From sequence record DRR723986_14582: a stretch of DNA of 64,000 nucleotides. One strand, given 5' to 3'. Shown here in pieces: positions 1 to 10,332 of this stretch. Below the pieces are notes generated by a model. The model saw only the letters and a list, made by a program, of their open reading frames with translations. It made no database searches and was not told the origin of the DNA. Numbering within the stretch: the stretch's first letter is position 1; the number at the start of each line of letters is the position of its first letter. A program made the translations under genes and the position numbers.

Positions 1-80
1 TGTCGCTCGGCTCTCCGAGCCGTTTGCGCATTCGACTCGGAGAGTCGAGCGACGTCCCAAGTTACGACCGGCGGACAGTT

Positions 81-1442
81 ATGAAAACCAAGGTGTCAAC
101 GATGTTCCGAACAATACAACTTGTTGCTCTATTGGCTCTCGCACTGGCCGTGCCATCAGCGACCCTCGGCCAGTCCAAGGAAGAACCGGTCGCAGGCTGG
201 AACCGCCAGTCGTCGAGGCCTGAAATCGCACCGGAGTTCTCGCACTCGGAATCCGACGCGGGCGAGCTTGTCCTCGAACTCTCCGGAAGAGATCGCGCTG
301 CCATCGATGGAGCATGGACTCAGACGTTGAATGTTCGCGGAGGTAGCACCGTTCGATTCGAAGCACTCAAACGAACTCGCGATGTTACTACTCCAGCAAG
401 GAGTGCTCTGGTCAAAATCACCTGGCTGAATGCCCGCGGCAAACGCGTCAAAGCGGCTCAAGTTCATGGCATCCAGGTTCTGGGCAAGAACGAGATCGCA
501 AGGCCCGAGTATCCCGCCGACCTTGGGCCAGGCCGTGACGGCGAATGGACCCAAGTTGCCGACACGTACCGCGTCCCGGAAGGTGCTTCGAAAGCGCGAG
601 TTGAATTGCGTTTGCGTTGGACAGCGGGTTCAGTTCAGTGGAAGAACATCGCACTGAAACCTGTAGATGAACCGGAGCCTCGTGTAGTCCGACTGGCGAC
701 CGTGCACTTTCGCCCGGAAGGTGGACAGACCAATGTTCAGCAGTGCGAACAATTTGCACCACTCATCGCCGAAGCAGCCAGCCGCCGAGCGGACCTGGTC
801 TGCTTGCCTGAATCGTTGACATCGTATCGCTCCGGTCGCTCGATGGCTGAGTGTGCTGAATCGATTCCCGGCCCTTCGACAGAATACTTCGGCGGCCTTG
901 CGAAGAAGCACAACTTGTATCTCGTCGCCGGACTGACCGAGCGGGACGGAGCCGTGCTTTACAACACCGCGGTGCTTCTGGGGCCGAGCGGTAAACTGCT
1001 TGGCAAGTACCGAAAAGTCTGCTTACCGCGAGAAGAGATCGAAGCCGGCATGACTCCTGGTGATCAGTACCCGGTCTTCGAGACACGGTTCGGTAAACTT
1101 GGCATGATGATTTGCTGGGACGTGCAATTCCCGGAAGTCGCACGGCGTCTGAGTGACAATGGCGCAGAGGTCATCGCCATGCCGATCGCCGGAGGAAATC
1201 CAACGCTGGCCGCCGCGCGTGCGATTGAGAATCAGATCTTTCTGGTCAGCAGCACGTTCACCGATGCGGAACGGAACGGCATGGTTTCCGGCGTCTGGAA
1301 CCAGGCTGGCGAGTTGCTTGTGCAGAACGATGCAACCTGGGGCACAGTCATGGTGACTGAAGTCGATCTTGCCCAGCGATTCTACTGGGACTGGCTCGGC
1401 GATCTGAAATCCCGCATCCCCCGCGAACGCCCACCCAAGTAG
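81..1442 (+). CDS. Secreted carbon-nitrogen hydrolase (nitrilase superfamily) with N-terminal beta-rich, CBM-like domain
   Basis: Signal-peptide-like N-terminus ([17 protein letters not shown]). C-terminal half has the nitrilase triad motifs LPE, YRK and ICWD. Start placed at ATG 81 (ORF track starts at TTG 24). Confidence 0.8.
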   Translation: MKTKVSTMFRTIQLVALLALALAVPSATLGQSKEEPVAGWNRQSSRPEIAPEFSHSESDAGELVLELSGRDRAAIDGAWTQTLNVRGGSTVRFEALKRTRDVTTPARSALVKITWLNARGKRVKAAQVHGIQVLGKNEIARPEYPADLGPGRDGEWTQVADTYRVPEGASKARVELRLRWTAGSVQWKNIALKPVDEPEPRVVRLATVHFRPEGGQTNVQQCEQFAPLIAEAASRRADLVCLPESLTSYRSGRSMAECAESIPGPSTEYFGGLAKKHNLYLVAGLTERDGAVLYNTAVLLGPSGKLLGKYRKVCLPREEIEAGMTPGDQYPVFETRFGKLGMMICWDVQFPEVARRLSDNGAEVIAMPIAGGNPTLAAARAIENQIFLVSSTFTDAERNGMVSGVWNQAGELLVQNDATWGTVMVTEVDLAQRFYWDWLGDLKSRIPRERPPK

Positions 1443-1727
1443 CACCAACGTAGCGCAGGCAGCCTGCAACCATTTCTGGAAATCCTGCGCCCCAAGCGAC
1501 AAAGCGACTATCTTCGCGGTTGAGGGGCACTTCGCGTTTTCAGCCCTGAGATTCACTGAACCGCATTGGCGCAAATGGGGTCATAACGCGATAATCGCCG
1601 TGACGATTGACTTCCCAGGAGTACGCCGCACGTCTGAGCGGCTTCGCAGTTGGGTGAAACGGCCACAAATTTACTGCGCAGGGCCCAGGGACAACGCTTT
1701 CAAAGTCGCTTTGCAAGACTCAAATAT

Positions 1728-3416
1728 ATGAATACCCCCGAAGAAACTTCAGAACGCCTCAACTTCATCGAGCAAGAAATCGAGGCCGATTTCAAGCTGC
1801 CAAAGCTGGAAGGCAAGTCCCTCTACACTCGTTTTCCGCCCGAACCCAACGGCTACCTGCACATTGGCCACGCAAAGAGCATTTGCCTGAATTTCGGCCT
1901 AGCCAAAAAGTACGGAGGGCGATGCAACCTGCGTTTCGATGACACGAATCCAAGCAAGGAAGAACAAGAATATGTCGACTCGATCCAGGAAGACGTAAGC
2001 TGGCTCGGTTTTGAGTGGGATGAGCTGCATTATGCGTCGGATTATTTCGAGCAGCTCTACACATGGGCCGTTCAACTGATCAAAGCTGGAAAAGCATACG
2101 TCTGCGATCTGACCGGCGAGGAGATCCGCAAGTACCGCGGCTCGCTCAAAGAGCCCGGCCAGGACAGTCCATACCGCGATCGAAGCGTCGAGGAAAACCT
2201 TGAGCTCTTTGAGGAAATGCGGGCCGGAAAATGCGCCGACGGCACCCGGACGCTTCGCGCTAAGATTGACATGGCTGCCGCAAACATCAACCTGCGTGAC
2301 CCAGTCATGTATCGCGTTTTGACGGCGCATCACCATCGGACGGGGGACAAGTGGTGCATCTACCCGATGTACGACTGGGCGCACGGTCAAAGTGATTCCA
2401 TCGAAGGTATCACACACTCTGTGTGCACACTTGAGTTTGAAGATCACCGCCCGCTATACAACTGGTTTTGTGAATCGCTCGAGATCCATCACCCGCGCCA
2501 AATCGAGTTTGCACGCCTAAATTTGTCGTACACGGTAATGAGCAAGCGCAAACTGCTGCAGCTCGTCACCGAGAAGCATGTCAGTGGCTGGGACGACCCT
2601 CGCATGCCAACCATCAGTGGGCTTCGTCGGCGAGGCTACACACCGGAAAGCATCCGAGCTTTTTGCGAACGCATTGGTGTAGCGAAGTTTTTCAGCACCA
2701 TTGACGTTACCGTATTGGAAAACTCCATTCGTGATCACTTGAACAAAGTTGCCAACCGTGTCATGGCGGTCATGGATCCAATCAAGGTTGTCCTCACCAA
2801 TTACCCAGAGGACAAAACGGAGACAATGGAGGCAACAAACAATCCAGAGGACGAGTCCGCTGGATCTCGTGAACTTCCATTTTCACGCGAGCTATACATA
2901 GAGCGATCTGATTTCATGGAAGACGCTCCACGCAAGTTCTTCCGCCTAAAGCCGGGCGGTGAAGTGCGGCTTCGCTACGCCTACATCATTCGATGCGACG
3001 AAGTGATTAAGGACGACGAGGGGAACGTCACGGAGCTGCACTGTACTTACGACCCCGAAACGCGAAGCGGCAGCCCGGGCGCAACCAATCGCAAAGTAAA
3101 GGGCACCATCCATTGGGTCAGTGCACAACACGCTTTGGCGGCTCCCGTCAGACTCTACGATAGGTTGTTCGTCACCGAGAGTCCCGAGACCGCCGAAGAA
3201 GGCAAGACCTTTTTGGACAACATCAACCCAGACAGCCTCAAGACCATGACCGCGCAAGTTGAACCTTCACTTGCCGACCTGGCCGCTGGTACACGCGTGC
3301 AGTTCGAACGCACTGGCTACTTCTGCATCGACACGAAGGATTCGCAACCCGGATCACCAGTATTCAATCGCGTCGTCCCACTTCGCGATTCATGGGCCAA
3401 GATTCAGAAGAAGTAG
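1728..3416 (+). CDS. glnS: Glutamine--tRNA ligase
   Basis: [15 protein letters not shown] (HIGH), VMSKR (KMSKS-like), [16 protein letters not shown]. Start at ATG 1728. Confidence 0.97.
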   Translation: MNTPEETSERLNFIEQEIEADFKLPKLEGKSLYTRFPPEPNGYLHIGHAKSICLNFGLAKKYGGRCNLRFDDTNPSKEEQEYVDSIQEDVSWLGFEWDELHYASDYFEQLYTWAVQLIKAGKAYVCDLTGEEIRKYRGSLKEPGQDSPYRDRSVEENLELFEEMRAGKCADGTRTLRAKIDMAAANINLRDPVMYRVLTAHHHRTGDKWCIYPMYDWAHGQSDSIEGITHSVCTLEFEDHRPLYNWFCESLEIHHPRQIEFARLNLSYTVMSKRKLLQLVTEKHVSGWDDPRMPTISGLRRRGYTPESIRAFCERIGVAKFFSTIDVTVLENSIRDHLNKVANRVMAVMDPIKVVLTNYPEDKTETMEATNNPEDESAGSRELPFSRELYIERSDFMEDAPRKFFRLKPGGEVRLRYAYIIRCDEVIKDDEGNVTELHCTYDPETRSGSPGATNRKVKGTIHWVSAQHALAAPVRLYDRLFVTESPETAEEGKTFLDNINPDSLKTMTAQVEPSLADLAAGTRVQFERTGYFCIDTKDSQPGSPVFNRVVPLRDSWAKIQKK

Positions 3417-3429
3417 GCCGGCCCCGAAC

Positions 3430-4608
3430 CTACGGACGCGACTCGGCATTCTCGCGTGCCTTGTCATAGATATCCATCAGTAGCTTGTAGTTCGTGTCTG
3501 GCCTGTAGACTCGCTGGAATTCCGCGTACGCCTCGGACCGCATACTGGGCAGGCGTTCTGGCGATTCTTCCAAACCGACGACTGCTTTGGCAAGGCTCTG
3601 GGCATTGCCGGGTTCGAACCGCAGCCCCCCTGCCCCTTCGCGAACGAGGTCGTTCATTGGACCAATTGCGGATGCCACCACCGGCGTGCCCACCGAGAAA
3701 GCTTCGACAATCGTACGTGGTAGGCCCTCATACCAGATCGAAGGCACGACCAAGTACTTGGCGGCTCGCATCAACTCAAACACCTTGGACGAATCCTGAA
3801 AACCAAGGTAGTCAATTCGACTGTCGCGCGAGGCAGCCTCGCTTACCATCGACTCAAGCGGCCCGCCACCGACGATCTTCAGCGGGATGGAAGCTGAGAA
3901 CGAGGCCCATGCATCCAGCAGCACATCGATCCCTTTTTCGGGACTTAGCCGTCCCACAAAGAGTGCATACTCACCGACGACTTCAGATGGTTCTTCGGCC
4001 GAATCGACAAAGTTTGGCTTAACAAACACACGCTCCTCGGGAATTCCACCTTCGATGCACTTCGTCTTAGCGAATTCAGTAAGTGCGATGAAGGCGTTAA
4101 CTCGACGGGCCCACGAACCAACGCCGTGATGAACAGCTTGCATAGTGGCTACTGTTGCGGAGGCAAAGCGGTTGTCGCGGTAGCAGCCATGAGCGATTGC
4201 GGGCCAGGCGAAACGTTTCCCAAGGCAGTCTTCGCAAACTTTGCCGTCACGAAGAAAGTAGGAATTTGCACAAAAGAGCCGATAGTTGTGCAGCGATTGC
4301 ACTACAGGAACTCGGGCTTTGTTACACGCATAGTAGATAGATGGTGAGATCAGTGGAAACGTGTTCGTGCAATGCACCAGGTCGACATTCTCGGTCCTCA
4401 AGAGCTCCCTTATTTCGCGGTACGTTCGGTTGTTCCAGACGGTAGCACCCGCGGCCAACAACGACTGAAGCCCACCAATTGACTCGTTGTCGCGTTCATA
4501 CTTAAGGACTTCATGACCGTTGCTCTGAAGGAGACGAGCTTCGTCAGCATAAACACTATCTTCTCCACCTGGGATTTGATAGAAGTTGTGGCTTAGCAGA
4601 ATCTTCAT
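3430..4608 (-). CDS. Glycosyltransferase family 4 (GT-B)
   Basis: N-terminal PGGED, FVGRLSPEKG and the EX7E motif (YEGLPRTIVEAF). Confidence 0.92.
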   Translation of the reverse strand: MKILLSHNFYQIPGGEDSVYADEARLLQSNGHEVLKYERDNESIGGLQSLLAAGATVWNNRTYREIRELLRTENVDLVHCTNTFPLISPSIYYACNKARVPVVQSLHNYRLFCANSYFLRDGKVCEDCLGKRFAWPAIAHGCYRDNRFASATVATMQAVHHGVGSWARRVNAFIALTEFAKTKCIEGGIPEERVFVKPNFVDSAEEPSEVVGEYALFVGRLSPEKGIDVLLDAWASFSASIPLKIVGGGPLESMVSEAASRDSRIDYLGFQDSSKVFELMRAAKYLVVPSIWYEGLPRTIVEAFSVGTPVVASAIGPMNDLVREGAGGLRFEPGNAQSLAKAVVGLEESPERLPSMRSEAYAEFQRVYRPDTNYKLLMDIYDKARENAESRP

Positions 4609-4611
4609 CGC

Positions 4612-5694
4612 CTAGCGCATCCTAAGAATCTTGCGGATCCGCGGAAAACGCTCGGCCAATTGCCTGGCGGCTTTCCGCGCTGGTTCGGAAGCGTTACTTT
4701 GCAAGAACTTGTATCGGGCTCTATGAAAGGCATGACGCGAGAAGTTCCTTAAAGGGTTGGTTTCGATCGCGCCTTCACCGACAGGCGTTTCGCCAGTTTT
4801 GAATTTCTGCTTATAAGGCTCGTTGCCTTTTCCAAAGTCGTGAATCTGAACTCCCGATTCAGCTAACTTTTTCAAGCCAAGGATCTGCAAGACGGAGCCT
4901 GGCGAGACTTTGGCGTATTCCACATCGTAGGCCGTAACCAGTGCATGGGTTACGGTGTCGGTTGCAAGGCAGTATTCCATCGCAAGTGGCTTGGTGCCAC
5001 CGTACAGCACGATAAGCGTACCGCGAAAATCCTTGTCGCCGATTTGCATAAAATGAGCAAGCGCCTTACGCGCCCACGGCTGGCGGAACGGGTGATCCCG
5101 CCCAGACGCTTCATACTGCGAAGACTTCCACTCCAAGAGCGTCTCCAGGAGGTCGTACGCTTGGTGCTCGAAACGCACCTCCATGCGTCCAATGTTTCGT
5201 TCAATGCGGCGGCAATTCTGTCGGAAGTTGCGTGTAATGCTGGAGTGCCGCTGCGAGAGCACCTCGAAATAAGCGTCAAAGCCGTCTTGCAAATCAACAA
5301 ACGGCGAACCGACGGTCGCCCAACGACATGACGCCTCGTACGACTCAGGATTGATAAGATGGCAAAAATCCCATCGCCGCAGACCAAGATCAAGCAGCAT
5401 GGATTTGGGGGCAATGTTTGTGCCTCTTCGAGTGACAATCGCTTCGAAGTCTGTCAGTGAGAGCGCAACAGGCAACGCTGCTTTTCCGCTTCGCATGAAG
5501 GGGAAAACTGCGGTTACGTGTTCACCATCAGAATGCAACCCAACCTCAACACCATCTAGGACTGCTGAACAGGCTCGCACGAATGCGGGGTGTAAGAATG
5601 GAGAACGATAAGCCGCGTCAGAGTTGACAATGGAAAGCCATTGCTCAAGCTCGGCATCGCTTAGCGCATCAAACTGTTTGGAAATCCACCCCAA
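4612..5694 (-). CDS. GNAT acetyltransferase, CelD/BcsL-like
   Basis: SPFLHPAF, SPG and DFGKGNEPYK motifs typical of EPS-cluster GNATs; sits inside the operon. Confidence 0.8.
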   Translation of the reverse strand: MGWISKQFDALSDAELEQWLSIVNSDAAYRSPFLHPAFVRACSAVLDGVEVGLHSDGEHVTAVFPFMRSGKAALPVALSLTDFEAIVTRRGTNIAPKSMLLDLGLRRWDFCHLINPESYEASCRWATVGSPFVDLQDGFDAYFEVLSQRHSSITRNFRQNCRRIERNIGRMEVRFEHQAYDLLETLLEWKSSQYEASGRDHPFRQPWARKALAHFMQIGDKDFRGTLIVLYGGTKPLAMEYCLATDTVTHALVTAYDVEYAKVSPGSVLQILGLKKLAESGVQIHDFGKGNEPYKQKFKTGETPVGEGAIETNPLRNFSRHAFHRARYKFLQSNASEPARKAARQLAERFPRIRKILRMR

Positions 5695-5698
5695 GTTG

Positions 5699-6673
5699 CT
5701 ACCCTGCCATCTGCTTGCTGACTTCGGTCAGTCCATGTCGACGAAGTGCCTTTTCCTGAGGCCAGGCAGGAATGCAGCGTTTCAAGAAACACCGCAAATA
5801 CCCTTCAGCCCTAGACATCATCAGGCGATGGGCCAACGCCGTTTCCTTCTTTCCTGCGATTGAACTTGCTAGCCAAATTGGCAAGTGGCGGCAAAGAGCG
5901 TTTGCACAGCGGGCCATCAGAATACCAGTACACCGAAACTTTCCGTAATGATCGAGGTCACGATTGCAGAATACCCAGCCGTCGTGAAAACAAGTCTCTG
6001 TCAGGTAATGGTGCGTCAAACGCTGCTCGGGTGTGACGTGATAAGCGACGGCCGTCGGCACAAACCAAGACTCAATACCGGCTTCGTAAATGCGTCTGTA
6101 GTGGTCGGTGTCATAGCCGCGGACAGCGAGCCTGAGATCGTAAAGCCCTACCTCATCGAGTACACTTCGGTGAATCATCTGGTTGCCGGACCCTGGTCCC
6201 ATCCGTCGCGTGTACTGCCGGGGTTCATCCCATGTAACGGTTTCACCCAGCACTCTTCGCACACGTGGATGTAGCTCGCGCTGGCAGTCCTCGGGCAGCT
6301 TCAGCAACAGCAATCCTCCGACGCTACGAATTGATTTCTCTCGGGCAAAGCGAAGCATCTCGAGTACCCAATCTGGTTCGGCAATTTCGTCATCGTCGAA
6401 ATTGGCAATCCATTCGCCCTTCGCTGCGGCAAAGCCAGCGTGCCGGGCGTAGATTTGCCCAGCTTGTTTCTCGAAGCAATAGACCACATCAACAGAACTG
6501 CAACTGGCCAGTTCTTCAGTGATCTGTTTGGTTTCGTCGGTGGAGTTATTGTCAACGACGATTACTTCAAACGTAAACTCGCCGGCCGTCTCCTGATCGA
6601 GCAAGCTTTGCAGGCACTCACGCAACATGTAAGCGCGATTGTAGGTGCACAAGACAATGGATACATCAGGCAT
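5699..6673 (-). CDS. Glycosyltransferase family 2
   Basis: VSIVLCTYNR, VVDNNSTD and DDD (DXD) motif. Confidence 0.92.
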   Translation of the reverse strand: MPDVSIVLCTYNRAYMLRECLQSLLDQETAGEFTFEVIVVDNNSTDETKQITEELASCSSVDVVYCFEKQAGQIYARHAGFAAAKGEWIANFDDDEIAEPDWVLEMLRFAREKSIRSVGGLLLLKLPEDCQRELHPRVRRVLGETVTWDEPRQYTRRMGPGSGNQMIHRSVLDEVGLYDLRLAVRGYDTDHYRRIYEAGIESWFVPTAVAYHVTPEQRLTHHYLTETCFHDGWVFCNRDLDHYGKFRCTGILMARCANALCRHLPIWLASSIAGKKETALAHRLMMSRAEGYLRCFLKRCIPAWPQEKALRRHGLTEVSKQMAG

Positions 6674-8000
6674 TTTGACTGTTCTCTAGCTTTTTATATT
6701 TCGACGACGCATTGATTGAGAGCGCTGCTCCCATCAAGCAGAACACCGGATTGAGCAGACGTACATTGCTTGCCAACGGGTTGTCCGTCATCGCCAACAT
6801 CATGAACCCCAAGAACGACAGGAAGCATGCAGAGAGGGCGATCGCCACAATGCCGTTGGCCCGTTTGGCCAGGGATCGCAACCAAATGATATGCCCCACG
6901 AATACGGCAAGAAAAAGGCTGACTCCCCAGAGGCCCGTTTCGTAGCCCACTCGCAACAATTCGTTGTGCGGGCTTTCCATCCGAGGCCAGATTGTGGGGA
7001 TGTAAAAACGTGCGCTCTCGATTCCGTGCCCGAAATAGGGGCGATCAAGAATCTGCTCATAAACAAGTGGCCAAGCATCAAAACGCCCCGTTCCAGACGT
7101 CTTGGAATTCATCAGGTCGGAGATTGTTCCCGAACCGGTCTTGGGGAATAGGCGGCGCTGCATTGGTGGCAATAAGAATACTGCGTACGCCATGATCATC
7201 ATCAGCACGATCGCGGCCCCTCGCCACAGGACCCCACGAACACCTGGATGGAATAGAGGGAGCACCAGGATACACAGTGCCGCACCACGACTTCCCTCAA
7301 GTCCGCAGATCACGATCGAGGCACTCCAGACCACCAGCGCGGGACGAATGTCGGTTCCCAGGAACGCCAATGCCACTGCAGCAACTGGCAACAGGCTCAT
7401 CGAATGCGGCCGAGCGGCAAGGGCTGGTCCGGTGACAAACTCTCCGCACTCAACCACGCCGCCGAGCCAAAGCAATACGCAGAAAGCGGCGGGAACGATC
7501 GCGAATAGGAACGAGTAAAGTAGCAAACGTAGAGTTGCCTCTGAACGGATGAACATCGCGCCCAGCAGACCAAACAGATAGGGTGTCGAGTACTCAGATG
7601 CACACTTCACGGCCGGGAACAGAGACGCTTCCGTCCACAGAAGTGATCCCCATACGGGAAACAACCAGAGCAGCCAGGACCAGTGCCCGGGCCAGAAACG
7701 AAGTCGATGAGGCGCTAACCCAGCTTTGACGAGCACAAGGGCTGCCGCAATTGCTGGTAGGCCGACCGTCACCGCCGCGAGGTAGTTTGCTGGGCCAATT
7801 CTGATTTCGTCGAAGCTGCATAGCATTGCGATCGGGGGCACAAGCAGCGCAAAGAGCACGCCGAACTCGATTTCGAGCAAGCCCGCGGCACTGCCGGAAA
7901 GCGACTCTTGCGAGCCGCCTCGAATCGCTTGATCTGTGCAATCAGAAGCCATGAAATCGAACGCCATATCTACCGCAAATCCAATTGCCACTTCGGACAA
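6666..8000 (-). CDS. O-antigen ligase/Wzy-like polymerase family membrane protein
   Basis: Many TM segments; GSRGA, TGR..W, FGHG and PHNE Wzy_C-type motifs. Confidence 0.8.
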   Translation of the reverse strand: MSEVAIGFAVDMAFDFMASDCTDQAIRGGSQESLSGSAAGLLEIEFGVLFALLVPPIAMLCSFDEIRIGPANYLAAVTVGLPAIAAALVLVKAGLAPHRLRFWPGHWSWLLWLFPVWGSLLWTEASLFPAVKCASEYSTPYLFGLLGAMFIRSEATLRLLLYSFLFAIVPAAFCVLLWLGGVVECGEFVTGPALAARPHSMSLLPVAAVALAFLGTDIRPALVVWSASIVICGLEGSRGAALCILVLPLFHPGVRGVLWRGAAIVLMMIMAYAVFLLPPMQRRLFPKTGSGTISDLMNSKTSGTGRFDAWPLVYEQILDRPYFGHGIESARFYIPTIWPRMESPHNELLRVGYETGLWGVSLFLAVFVGHIIWLRSLAKRANGIVAIALSACFLSFLGFMMLAMTDNPLASNVRLLNPVFCLMGAALSINASSKYKKLENSQNA

Positions 8001-8017
8001 GTCCGCTTAGCAATATT

Positions 8018-9343
8018 TCACTCCGGTTGAGCCACAACCAAGGATCCTTGCTGAGGTGCCGCCTGATCCGCTCGGAATACATGCTTGACAACCAGCAAGA
8101 TACGCAGAACCAAACCAGCCGCGACGCCAAGTACCAAACACCAGGCCGCACCAGACACGCCCTGCCCCGCGATAAGTGGGTAGGCCGGGATGACAAGACC
8201 GACGCAGCGAAAAGCGTCCGCAAGGAAATTTAGCTGGGTTTGACCGAGTGCCAGCAGGGCGTTACCGGCAACTACATCAATCATCTGAATCCAACAGTAA
8301 ACGGCCAAGATTACGACTGCGCTTTCACTGCCTGTGTAGCCGTATCCTAACTCGATCAACCAGGGCCCAAACCAACCCAAGCCAATTGCGAGCGGTGTGA
8401 CCACCGCAGCACCTAGCAGCGTAAATCGTAGGGTATCCGCCCGCAGCCCGACCAGTCCTGCGTCAGCGTATTGCCGAGCCATGCAGGGGGCCATATAACG
8501 GCCGACCCCACGAATGAATATCTGAGCGACGCCGACCAACGACATGCAACCGGCCAGCAGTCCTGTTTCCGCCCTGCTGGTCAAAGCGGCAAGCAACCAC
8601 GGCAGGAGTGTTGGAGCGCTGTTGCCGATCAGGTACGATCCAAGGGCCCATCGCCCGATCTTCCAGTTTCGCCTGAGCGTCAACGCCACTCGCCGAGGCT
8701 GCCGAAAATTCGCCAACACCATCGGCAGCCAGATTGCCGCGGCAACTACCGAGGCTACTCCGATTACGATCAGTGCGCGATTGATCGTAAGCGTATCAGT
8801 AACATACAGAAGAAGGACGCCGGGAATCTGAATAGCGGCTACGACACAGCTCAGCAAAAGTGCTTCAAACTGCTGCAACCGGTTGTGAAAGTAGTTGTGA
8901 ACAAAGTCTCGCAACAGAAGAAAAGGAATGAAGGCTGCCCAAAGCAGAAAGCCACTGCCCAGCAGTGTGTCACCGCCGGCAAAATTGACGCCTGCGGCGG
9001 CGAGCAGGCAGCACACCGTGGCCAGCGTAATGGCCAGGTTTAGCAGTAAGCAGTTTGAGGTGTATTCAAACAATCGCCCCTTGGTCAACTTGGGCGACCG
9101 AACCAAGTAGGGAGTATGAACGAGCTGGTCAGCAATGCACTGCACCAATGCAAAGGTGCTGAAGACGATAAAGAAAGTCCCAAACAGTTCCTTGCCAAGT
9201 AAGCGTCCGACGGCAAGCGAAGTGACGAAGTTGCTGCCACTCACCACTGCTTGATCGAGCAGAGCGAGGGCGGTTCGATTCCTTTCTGCAAGGCGACGCA
9301 CCTCAGCAATGGATAATCGCGATAGGAGTGCACTGGATATCAT
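8018..9343 (-). CDS. Wzx-type polysaccharide flippase
   Basis: DQAVVSGSNF N-terminal motif, about 12 hydrophobic segments, ATGA overlap with the upstream gene. Confidence 0.8.
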   Translation of the reverse strand: MISSALLSRLSIAEVRRLAERNRTALALLDQAVVSGSNFVTSLAVGRLLGKELFGTFFIVFSTFALVQCIADQLVHTPYLVRSPKLTKGRLFEYTSNCLLLNLAITLATVCCLLAAAGVNFAGGDTLLGSGFLLWAAFIPFLLLRDFVHNYFHNRLQQFEALLLSCVVAAIQIPGVLLLYVTDTLTINRALIVIGVASVVAAAIWLPMVLANFRQPRRVALTLRRNWKIGRWALGSYLIGNSAPTLLPWLLAALTSRAETGLLAGCMSLVGVAQIFIRGVGRYMAPCMARQYADAGLVGLRADTLRFTLLGAAVVTPLAIGLGWFGPWLIELGYGYTGSESAVVILAVYCWIQMIDVVAGNALLALGQTQLNFLADAFRCVGLVIPAYPLIAGQGVSGAAWCLVLGVAAGLVLRILLVVKHVFRADQAAPQQGSLVVAQPE

Positions 9344-10332
9344 CTCGAGCCTCCCTTGATCGCGCGAAAGCGGCTGCGCAGCGCCTCGTGCTGGCCGTCA
9401 ATCTTGGTGGCCAAACTGGCTCCGGTGTCACCGGATGCTACGTCAAAGCGAGGGACGTGAAAACGGTCGACTCCCAAGAAAAGGGATCGATTGCCGGTCT
9501 GCAGACCGCAATAGCACCCAAGTTCTTGCACCACTGCCGCCAATTCCTCGCTTGCAAAGCCAGCCTCCGGTTCCCCGAACGGATAGGCGAAAGCGGGGTT
9601 CTCGATTCCGAACAGCATCTGCAACCGCTCTAGGCACTGCTGCAAGTCTTCACGCAGTAGGTCGGGCGAATCACGAAAATCGGCATGCGTATGAGTGTGA
9701 GCGCCTAATTCAATAACGCCCGAATCGAGCATTTGATGGTAGTGCTCAATCCCGGCAGGTCGCCACGTGGCTGCGGGCAATTCAGCCTGCACGTCAACCA
9801 TCCAATCATCGAATGGGAAAGCCTGTTGTGAACCAATGAAGGAAGTGGCAACGAACACGGTCGCCGGCACTCCCAACTCCTTTAGAATGGGCAGTGCTTC
9901 GGTGCAGTTGTTCTCGTAGCCATCGTCAAACGTAACCACGAATGACTTTTTTGGAACATCGATTTCATCGGAGATGGCGGCGACTAGATCCACGAGTTTT
10001 AGCGGCGTGTAACCGCGGTCGAGCAGCCAGGATAATTGCCGCCGAAAACGTCGAGGAGAGACAGTGTAAGTTGGGGCAAAACGGTGCCGAGGCGAGTCGC
10101 AGACGCGATGATACATGAGCACGGCGGACTGGGGGTATTCCGCTAGACTTGACGCCCCACCGACGACAGGCTGAAACGCGCCAGTTCGGAATGGCACGGC
10201 GGACCAGCTCACCAAGTTATGTTTCCAGCGCCGCAAAGCCGCCTGCGTGGCAGTTATGGGCTTCACAAATTCTGGCAGCTTTAGGTGATCTGTTGGACGG
10301 TCCGTTCCATGAGAGCACAGCGTGCTATTCAT
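9340..10332 (-). CDS. Polysaccharide deacetylase (NodB/CE4)
   Basis: LMYH, TFDDG, HTHTH and AYPFG motifs. Start at ATG 10332 overlaps the upstream stop. Confidence 0.9.
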   Translation of the reverse strand: MNSTLCSHGTDRPTDHLKLPEFVKPITATQAALRRWKHNLVSWSAVPFRTGAFQPVVGGASSLAEYPQSAVLMYHRVCDSPRHRFAPTYTVSPRRFRRQLSWLLDRGYTPLKLVDLVAAISDEIDVPKKSFVVTFDDGYENNCTEALPILKELGVPATVFVATSFIGSQQAFPFDDWMVDVQAELPAATWRPAGIEHYHQMLDSGVIELGAHTHTHADFRDSPDLLREDLQQCLERLQMLFGIENPAFAYPFGEPEAGFASEELAAVVQELGCYCGLQTGNRSLFLGVDRFHVPRFDVASGDTGASLATKIDGQHEALRSRFRAIKGGSR

